From Spirochaetales bacterium (GTDB lineage Bacteria > Spirochaetota > Spirochaetia > SZUA-6 > DRHE01), in assembly GCA_030604195.1 (NCBI GenBank), contig JAUVWI010000001.1, forward strand, positions 28,952 to 92,951: a stretch of DNA of 64,000 nt, written 5' to 3'. Position 1 is the first letter of the stretch; every line of letters starts with the position of its first letter. Below the pieces are notes generated by a model that did no database searches, was not told the origin of the DNA, and saw only the letters and a list, made by a program, of their open reading frames with translations. The position numbers were made by a program, and so were the translations under genes. Shown piece after piece: positions 57,248-64,000 of this stretch.

Positions 57248-58390
57248 ATGAATAAAATGCGATTCTTAACGATATTAATTGTAGCTTTTATCGCTATTAC
57301 CCTGCTCTCTCTGGCAACCTGTAAGAAAAAGGAAACCAAAGAAGTAAAGATCGGTATTATAGCCCCGATTACCGGAGAAGCAGCCACCTTCGGTATTTCC
57401 ACCAAAAACGGCGCTATTCTCTATTTTGACGCAGTCAATGAGAGCGGTGGAATTGACGGCATGATGATCAAGTATATAGTGGAAGATGACAGGGGTGATC
57501 CCGCTGAAGGCGCCAATGCCTACAGCAAGCTGATTGACCAGGATAAGGTCTCCGTTATCTGCGGAACTGTAATGAGCAAGGTATGCCTGGCAGGCGCCCC
57601 GATTGCCCAGAGCAAGGGTGTGCCCATGGTCAGCCCCACTTCCACCAACCCGGCCGTTACCCTGGTGGGCGACTATATTTTCCGCGCCTGTTTTATCGAT
57701 CCCTTCCAGGGATTTGTAGCGGCAAAATACGCCATAGACACTGTAGGCGCTAAGACCGCTGCCGCACTCTATGATGCAGGCAATGACTACACCAGGGGCC
57801 TGGCCGAGGTTTTCCGCGCCGAGTTCCCCAAGCAGGGCGGCGAAATGGTAGCCTTTGAGAGCTATGCAACCGGCACAACCGACTTCAATGCCCAGTTGGT
57901 AAAGATCAAGGCAGTGAACCCCGATGTACTCTTTCTGCCCAACTACTATAATGACTCCGGTCTTATTGCCAAGCAGGCACGGGAAATGGGTATTACCGCT
58001 CAATTCCTGGGAAGCGACGGTTGGGATTCACCGGACCTGGTCAAGATCGCAGGCGATTCCATCAACGGCGGTGTATTTGTAAACCACTTTACCCCGGAAT
58101 CCGATGTGCCCGCAGCTCAAAAGTTTGTCAAGGATTATGAAGCAAAGTTCGGTCAGAAACCCGATGCTCTCGGAGCCCTTGCTTACGAGGCAGCTATGAT
58201 CATTGTAGAAGCCATCAAGGTTGCCGGAAGCGCCGATCCCAAGGCTATTCGCGATGCCCTGGCCGCCACCAATATGGAAACCACTACCGGCACCATCAAG
58301 TATGATGAGAATAGAAACCCGGTAAAGGGCGCTGTAATTCTGGAAGTCAAAGACGGCAAGGTCTATTACAAGACCTCGGTAAATCCATAA
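57248..58390 (+). CDS. livK: Branched-chain amino acid ABC substrate-binding lipoprotein
   Basis: Lipobox LSLATC; motifs KIGIIAPITG, FRACFIDPFQG, TDFNAQL, LGSDGWD. Confidence 0.9.
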   Translation: MNKMRFLTILIVAFIAITLLSLATCKKKETKEVKIGIIAPITGEAATFGISTKNGAILYFDAVNESGGIDGMMIKYIVEDDRGDPAEGANAYSKLIDQDKVSVICGTVMSKVCLAGAPIAQSKGVPMVSPTSTNPAVTLVGDYIFRACFIDPFQGFVAAKYAIDTVGAKTAAALYDAGNDYTRGLAEVFRAEFPKQGGEMVAFESYATGTTDFNAQLVKIKAVNPDVLFLPNYYNDSGLIAKQAREMGITAQFLGSDGWDSPDLVKIAGDSINGGVFVNHFTPESDVPAAQKFVKDYEAKFGQKPDALGALAYEAAMIIVEAIKVAGSADPKAIRDALAATNMETTTGTIKYDENRNPVKGAVILEVKDGKVYYKTSVNP

Positions 58391-58421
58391 AGATTTAGTA
58401 TTATAGACAAGTGATCGGATG

Positions 58422-58453
58422 GGATGAGATGAAACATCTCATCCGGTTTTTTT
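58422..58453 (+). terminator. Intra-operon hairpin/terminator after livK
   Basis: GGATGAGATG-aaa-CATCTCATCC-gg-TTTTTTT. Confidence 0.75.
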
Positions 58454-58497
58454 ATTAATATTTCATATTAATATTTCAGGCGAAAGGACAATTTAGT

Positions 58498-59640
58498 ATG
58501 GAAACCTTTCTTTCCCAGTTCATCTTTGGACTGCAGCGAGGCATTATTTATGCGCTGATCGCCCTTGGCTATACCATGGTCTACGGCGTAGTGCGAATTA
58601 TCAACTTTGCCTATGGCGAGATCTTCATGATCGGCGCCTTTATTTCGTTTTTCCTGGTCAATCTTCTGCCCCTGCCACCGGGCTTGAATATACTCATGGC
58701 CTTCCTGGTACCCATGCTCATCTGCGCGCTTCTGGGTATAGCAATGGACGCTGTTGCCTACCGTCCATTACGAACCAAGCCCAGGCTGGCGGCATTGATC
58801 ACCGCTATTGGTGTCTCTTTCTTTTTAGGGAATTTAGTATCATATATAAGTGCCGAGTCGGTAAGACTGGTGGCTGTTATTACCTTTGCCATAGCCCTGC
58901 TTATCATTCTCTACACTCTGAGCCGTGAATTCCTTAACTTTCCTAAAAAGAAAACAGGCTGGCAAACCAGCTTTACGCCGGTCATTATAGCTGTTGTTTC
59001 TCTTCTGGCAGTAGGGATTATTCTCTGGCTGTCCAAACCGGTGTTGGCGGAAATGAATTGGAAAGGATCGAGCTTTACAGCCTATCCGGTAGACAAATTG
59101 ATCAAAGCGGTGAAGTACCCGCTGGTCGGTTCAGTCTATATAACTAATATCCAGATCATGAATATTATCATCGCTGTGGTCCTAATGGTAGGGCTATCAA
59201 TCCTGGTCAACAAGACCATGATCGGTATGGCCATGCGGGCCAGTAAGAATAACAAGGAAGCCGTTTACCTGATGGGTATAAATGTGAACCGTGTGGTTGC
59301 TATTACCTTTCTCATCGGCACCGCCCTGGCCGGAGCAGCCGGAGTATTCAGTGGTATTACCTATCCCCGGCTCACAGCGCTCATGGGAATACAGCCCGGT
59401 TTAAAAGCCTTTATAGCTGCAGTGCTTGGCGGCATAGGCTCAATTGAAGGGGCCATGGTCGGCGGAGTTATTATGGGTCTGGCTGAACAATTCGCCATCG
59501 GGCTTTTGCCCAGCGATTTCGGTCCCCAGCATATTGATTTCACACCCCTTGGCGATGGAGTCGCTTTTGCCATACTCATTATCGTGCTCTTAGTGCGTCC
59601 CCAGGGGATATTCGGCGAACCACCCCAGGAAAAGATTTAG
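58498..59640 (+). CDS. livH: Branched-chain amino acid ABC permease with a two-helix insertion
   Basis: Motifs YALIALGYTMVYGV, INFAYGE, GLKAFIAAVLGGIG. Confidence 0.92.
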   Translation: METFLSQFIFGLQRGIIYALIALGYTMVYGVVRIINFAYGEIFMIGAFISFFLVNLLPLPPGLNILMAFLVPMLICALLGIAMDAVAYRPLRTKPRLAALITAIGVSFFLGNLVSYISAESVRLVAVITFAIALLIILYTLSREFLNFPKKKTGWQTSFTPVIIAVVSLLAVGIILWLSKPVLAEMNWKGSSFTAYPVDKLIKAVKYPLVGSVYITNIQIMNIIIAVVLMVGLSILVNKTMIGMAMRASKNNKEAVYLMGINVNRVVAITFLIGTALAGAAGVFSGITYPRLTALMGIQPGLKAFIAAVLGGIGSIEGAMVGGVIMGLAEQFAIGLLPSDFGPQHIDFTPLGDGVAFAILIIVLLVRPQGIFGEPPQEKI

Positions 59641-59649
59641 GAGCTTCAA

Positions 59650-60660
59650 ATGAAGAAAACAAAATATAGAAAAAGCTGGGTAATTCTTGTCTCCCTGCTC
59701 ATATTCTATGCTCTGGTAATGATATTGAATAAAACCGGTATAATGAATGATTACCTGCTGCGGGTATTGATATTGATGCTGATCAATATAATCCTGGCAG
59801 TCTCTCTGAACCTGATAAACGGCTTTACCGGCCTCTTTTCCATCGGCCATGCCGGATTCATGATCACAGGGGGCTATGTAGCCGGATTTATCACCACCCT
59901 GCTCTTTAACATCAGCAGCGATACACCCTATCTACTGGCATTACCACTATTTCTATTGGCCATTATAGTGGCAGCCCTGGTATCAGCGGTAGTGGGTTTC
60001 CTGATCGGACTTCCGGTTTTAAGGCTCTCCGATGATTACCTGGCAATTGTTACCATCGGCTTTGGTGAGATTATCAGGGTTATATTCAACTTTATCTCCT
60101 TCAAGAAAAAGGTAGGCGATTGGGAAATCGATATCGGCGGCCCCAGGGGTCTGCTGGGCATTCCCCCTCTTTCCAACTTCACAATTGTCTTCATTGTTAC
60201 AATTGTGATCATCGTTTTGATCCGCAACTTCGTCTACTCCCGCCACGGCCGGGCATGTATTGCCATAAGGGAGAACGAGGTGGCAGCCCACATGATGGGT
60301 ATCGATATTGTACGCTATAAGGTGCTGGCCTTTGTGCTCGGTTCCACCTTTGCCGGTATAGGCGGCGCAATGCTTGCCCACTTCATTCAGATACTTCATC
60401 CTACCATGGGCGGTTTTATGAAATCGGTGGAATATTTAATAATGGTTTATCTGGGCGGTATGGGAAGTATTTCCGGGTCAATTATCGCTGCAGCCGGTTT
60501 GACCGCAATTACCGAAGTGCTCCGCCCCATCGGCGAACTGCGCATGGTGCTTTACGGTGCGGTGCTGGTCATCCTGATGCTCCGTATGCCCAACGGGTTA
60601 ATGGGAAAACGGGAGTTCTGGTTTATTCTGCCCCGTAAGGAGAGAATGAGAGATGCTTAA
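59650..60660 (+). CDS. livM: Branched-chain amino acid ABC permease
   Basis: Motifs SLNLINGFTG, DYLAIVTIGFGEI, AIRENE. Confidence 0.92.
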   Translation: MKKTKYRKSWVILVSLLIFYALVMILNKTGIMNDYLLRVLILMLINIILAVSLNLINGFTGLFSIGHAGFMITGGYVAGFITTLLFNISSDTPYLLALPLFLLAIIVAALVSAVVGFLIGLPVLRLSDDYLAIVTIGFGEIIRVIFNFISFKKKVGDWEIDIGGPRGLLGIPPLSNFTIVFIVTIVIIVLIRNFVYSRHGRACIAIRENEVAAHMMGIDIVRYKVLAFVLGSTFAGIGGAMLAHFIQILHPTMGGFMKSVEYLIMVYLGGMGSISGSIIAAAGLTAITEVLRPIGELRMVLYGAVLVILMLRMPNGLMGKREFWFILPRKERMRDA

Positions 60661-61420
60661 GATTCAAAATTTAACTCATAGCTTCGAAGGCTTATTGGCG
60701 GTGAATGATTTTTCAATCGAGATTGAGGATCACAAGATAATCGGTTTAATCGGACCTAACGGCGCGGGCAAGACCACTATATTCAACCTGATAACCGGGG
60801 TTTACCCCCCCTCCAGGGGGGGGCATATATTCTTCCAAGATCAGGAGATCACCGGTAAAAAACCCCATAAGATAACCAGCAGGGGAATTGTCAGGACCTT
60901 TCAGAATATTCGTCTCTTCAACAACATGACGGTTCTGCAGAATATCTTGGTAGCCCGTCATTTTCGGATGAAAACGGGGATTATCGCATCGGTACTGCGC
61001 CTGCCCTCCTTTCACAGGGAGGAAAAAGAGGTTGAAGAAAAGGCCAGGGAGTACAGTAATATCTTTGGGCTGGATGATGTTTTATACGACGCGGCCGGCA
61101 GCCTGCCTTACGGGCGCCAGCGGCGCGTTGAGATAGCCAGGGCTCTGGTAACCGAGCCTAAACTGCTGCTGCTCGATGAACCGGCTGCCGGAATGAACTC
61201 GGCAGAGGCATTGCAGCTTCTCGATCTGATCCACCATATTGCCGATAAATTCAGGCTCACCATCTTCCTTATCGAGCACCAGATGCCGGTGGTCATGGGC
61301 GTGGCAGAGCGGATTCACGTACTGGACTTCGGCAGCACAATCGCAGTTGGCACACCAAAGGATATCCAAAACGATCCCAAGGTTATTGAGGCTTATCTCG
61401 GAGAGGGGGCAAAGATATGA
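60653..61420 (+). CDS. livG: Branched-chain amino acid ABC ATPase
   Basis: Motifs [32 protein letters not shown]. Confidence 0.94.
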   Translation: MLKIQNLTHSFEGLLAVNDFSIEIEDHKIIGLIGPNGAGKTTIFNLITGVYPPSRGGHIFFQDQEITGKKPHKITSRGIVRTFQNIRLFNNMTVLQNILVARHFRMKTGIIASVLRLPSFHREEKEVEEKAREYSNIFGLDDVLYDAAGSLPYGRQRRVEIARALVTEPKLLLLDEPAAGMNSAEALQLLDLIHHIADKFRLTIFLIEHQMPVVMGVAERIHVLDFGSTIAVGTPKDIQNDPKVIEAYLGEGAKI

Positions 61421-62127
61421 TTCTGGAAGTGAACGATCTTGTTGTTTCTTACGGAGCAATTTGCGCGGTCAAGGGAATATCCTTTAACGTGGAAGAGGGA
61501 GAGGTAGTAACCCTGATCGGGGCCAATGGCGCAGGAAAAACTACAACCCTGAAGACAATTTCCGGATTGCTGCGCCCTGATTCCGGTTCTATCAAGTTCA
61601 AGGGGGAAGAGATTAAGCATATCCTGCCCAATAAGATTGTGGAGCTTGGTATCTGCCAGGTGCCGGAGGGACGGGGTATCTTTACCAACCTTACAGTGCA
61701 GGAAAATCTTACCCTGGCCACCTATACCCGGGCCAAGGAAAAGGATCAACTGAAAAAGGATTATGAGCGGGTTTTTTCCATTTTCCCCAGGCTTGAAGAG
61801 CGCCGCACACAATCCGCAGGCACCCTCTCCGGAGGTGAACAGCAGATGCTCGCTGTTGCCCGCGCCCTGATGACCAAGGGGCAGATCATGCTTTTAGATG
61901 AGCCCTCCATGGGACTGGCGCCTGTGCTGGTAGATGAGATCTTTAAGGTCATTAAGGAAATAAATGACATGGGCACTACAATCCTGCTTGTCGAGCAGAA
62001 TGCCTATAAAGCCCTGGAGATTGCCAACCGGGCCTATGTGCTGGAAACCGGGGAAGTAGCCCTGTCCGGTTACTCAGATGATCTAAAAAATGAGGAAAGG
62101 ATTAAAAAGGCCTATCTGGGAGGTTAA
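61417..62127 (+). CDS. livF: Branched-chain amino acid ABC ATPase
   Basis: Motifs [31 protein letters not shown]. Confidence 0.95.
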   Translation: MILEVNDLVVSYGAICAVKGISFNVEEGEVVTLIGANGAGKTTTLKTISGLLRPDSGSIKFKGEEIKHILPNKIVELGICQVPEGRGIFTNLTVQENLTLATYTRAKEKDQLKKDYERVFSIFPRLEERRTQSAGTLSGGEQQMLAVARALMTKGQIMLLDEPSMGLAPVLVDEIFKVIKEINDMGTTILLVEQNAYKALEIANRAYVLETGEVALSGYSDDLKNEERIKKAYLGG

Positions 62128-62209
62128 AGCCAAAGCCCAAAACTATTATCCTTGAAAAGGCGGCGATAGTTTTAGTTTCAGGTTTTAACCCAGAAGGTTC
62201 AGGGCTTTG

Positions 62210-62860
62210 CTACTCCCGTTGCTCCTGATTTCTCCGGCGGGTGCTCACAAAACGGGCAAAATCATTAATATTCTTCACAATAATCCGATCCGGATAAAGT
62301 TCTATCCGGCGCTGACTCACAAAATGGTTTATTACCTCACTGCATTTGGCCGGTGAAATCCCGGCCCAGTGAGCTACATCGTCAACCGTTGTTTTAAACT
62401 CCATGGTATCCACTTCAGCCATGTTTACCGGCTCATTTTCAGCCAGCATCAGAAAAACGTCGGCAATCTTGGCTTCAACATCATTAAGGGTCAGGATCAG
62501 GAATTTTCGCTTCTGATCATAAACCCGGTTGGCGAAGAGCTTCAGCAGCTTAAGGGCAATCTGGGGATTACCCTGCATAAGTATCTCAAAGTTTTCCCTG
62601 TTAAAGGCCAGACCGCTTACCGCGTCCATGGCGATAGCCGTTGCCGAGCGCGGCGCTTCCTCTAATATTGCCATCTCACCGAAAATTTCCCCCGGCTGCA
62701 GTATGGCCACCGTCTTTTCGATCTCGCCCATTATTTTGATAATCTGTACCCTGCCCTTCTGAATCAGGAAAAAGGTATCTCCAGGTTCATATTCACAGAA
62801 TATAACCTCACCTTTTTCAAAACTAACCCGGAAACGGTTGAACATGCCATTATCGAACAA
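62210..62860 (-). CDS. Crp/Fnr-family cyclic-nucleotide-binding regulator
   Basis: FGEMAILEEAPRSATA and a C-terminal HTH-like segment DDVAHWAGIS. Confidence 0.88.
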   Translation of the reverse strand: MFDNGMFNRFRVSFEKGEVIFCEYEPGDTFFLIQKGRVQIIKIMGEIEKTVAILQPGEIFGEMAILEEAPRSATAIAMDAVSGLAFNRENFEILMQGNPQIALKLLKLFANRVYDQKRKFLILTLNDVEAKIADVFLMLAENEPVNMAEVDTMEFKTTVDDVAHWAGISPAKCSEVINHFVSQRRIELYPDRIIVKNINDFARFVSTRRRNQEQRE

Positions 62861-62862
62861 AC

Positions 62863-63873
62863 CTAGCCCCCTTCAATAGCCCGTAGGGCCTTGCGTGTTT
62901 TCCGGTGGAGTGGTGAATCTTTAGCTTCCATAGATAAAATCTTCTTATAGAAACCTGTTGCCCTATTTTTATCGCCTTTCCTGTCATAACAGTTACCCAC
63001 AAAAAAGAGGGCATCACGAAGATCCGGATGTTTTGGATAGTTCTGTACCAGGCTGGTAAAGGATTGTATACACTTATCATACTGCTCAAGATGAAAAAGA
63101 CAGCGGCCAATCTCAAAATAAGCCCTGGCCACATACTCTTCATCCTGGCTATTATCTGCAATTATCTTGAATTCCCTGAATGCCTCCTGGTACTTCTGCT
63201 GACTGACCAGGCTGATCGCATTATAAAAAGCCTTTGCCACATCGGACATTTCCTTTTTCTGCGCCGGTTTCTCAAAAGCCACTGCGTTACCTTCAGACAC
63301 CGGCGCCTGTGGCGGCCCCTTTCCCTGGCCATATTTGGATAGACACTCTTCGGTCAGCTCTATTTTTCTGGTAACATCATCTGCATAGGCGCCTGAGGGA
63401 TAATAAACAAGATAGCGTTTATAGGCATAGAGAGCCTGGGAGTACCGCTTATTTTTCATATAATATTCGCCGATTTTATATAAACCGGTTTCCGGTTTTA
63501 CAGCAACTTCCGAGTATAAAAGATTCTGCACCCGCTTGTGAATTCGTCTGAGCTGGTTGGAAAAAACCTTTAGCATTTTCAGTATGATCCGGGTATTCTG
63601 GGTAACCACCTGCTCAAATTCCGGTATGGAGAAAGCAATTACATTTGAATCCTGAAGCACCAGGGCGGTTTCTTCCCTCGGGAATCTGCCCAGCGCTGAT
63701 TTGACGCCGAAGAATTCCCCGGTTTTGATAGGGTCATGGATCTCCTGACCGGTTTCGATATCCAGATAATTGAGACTCACCTTACCGGAATTCAAAATAA
63801 ATATTTTATCGCTGCGATCGCCCTTAAAAAAGATTATCGAGTTTTCCTTATACCTTATTGCTTTGGGTGACAA
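62863..63873 (-). CDS. Cyclic-nucleotide-binding domain plus TPR protein
   Basis: FFGVKSALGRFPREETA; TPR motifs (LYKIGEYY, AYFEIGRCLF, ALFFVGNCY). Confidence 0.88.
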   Translation of the reverse strand: MSPKAIRYKENSIIFFKGDRSDKIFILNSGKVSLNYLDIETGQEIHDPIKTGEFFGVKSALGRFPREETALVLQDSNVIAFSIPEFEQVVTQNTRIILKMLKVFSNQLRRIHKRVQNLLYSEVAVKPETGLYKIGEYYMKNKRYSQALYAYKRYLVYYPSGAYADDVTRKIELTEECLSKYGQGKGPPQAPVSEGNAVAFEKPAQKKEMSDVAKAFYNAISLVSQQKYQEAFREFKIIADNSQDEEYVARAYFEIGRCLFHLEQYDKCIQSFTSLVQNYPKHPDLRDALFFVGNCYDRKGDKNRATGFYKKILSMEAKDSPLHRKTRKALRAIEGG

Positions 63874-64000
63874 AGCCTTTCTCCTTGGTTGATAATACTT
63901 ATATTACCCTAAACGTCAAAGGGCAAATAATCAAGAACCTTCTTAAAACCTACAGCTTTTCTTATTCCTGACAATAACGCAGCCGGATCACCCTTTACCA

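Noticed and set aside
57275-58003. 242-aa antisense ORF inside livK, and other shadow ORFs
   Set aside because: Antisense to well-supported genes with no motifs. This is expected from codon bias.
1-64000. CRISPR array, toxin-antitoxin or defence genes, prophage
   Set aside because: No regularly spaced repeats or recognisable nuclease, cas or phage motifs seen. The CAAX/Abi protease sits in conserved housekeeping context.

Overview
Core-chromosome segment of a free-living spirochaete (Spirochaetales/Spirochaetaceae-like). The assignment rests on two flaA sheath genes, flgF-flgG-flgA-flgI-flgJ without flgH followed by an RpoS-like sigma factor, a polysaccharide deacetylase and tsaD, and a pta/rsmA/comEC/CAAX-protease/acyl-CoA-ligase block. 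Most genes are housekeeping: dapA/dapB, pyk, fba, fabZ, lipA, upp, apt, an ilvBN-leuACD-cimA operon, two Liv-type ABC transporters and three tRNAs (Glu, Gln, Thr). There are many cyclic-nucleotide signalling genes. I saw no mobile element, CRISPR array or defence island. Most notable: (1) a tandem pair of unknown paralogous proteins behind a perfect sigma70 promoter (35-1583); (2) a translationally coupled three-gene envelope locus with two paralogous periplasmic-domain/beta-barrel-like proteins flanking a lipoprotein (39805-43291); (3) an unannotated Leu/Ile/Val-rich leader peptide and terminator (attenuator) ahead of the ilv-leu-cimA operon; (4) a sigma54 promoter directly upstream of the rpoS-like gene, as in Borrelia; (5) a MinD/FlhG-family ATPase broken by an internal deletion. 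Product calls are from motif recognition by eye; no database searches were run.
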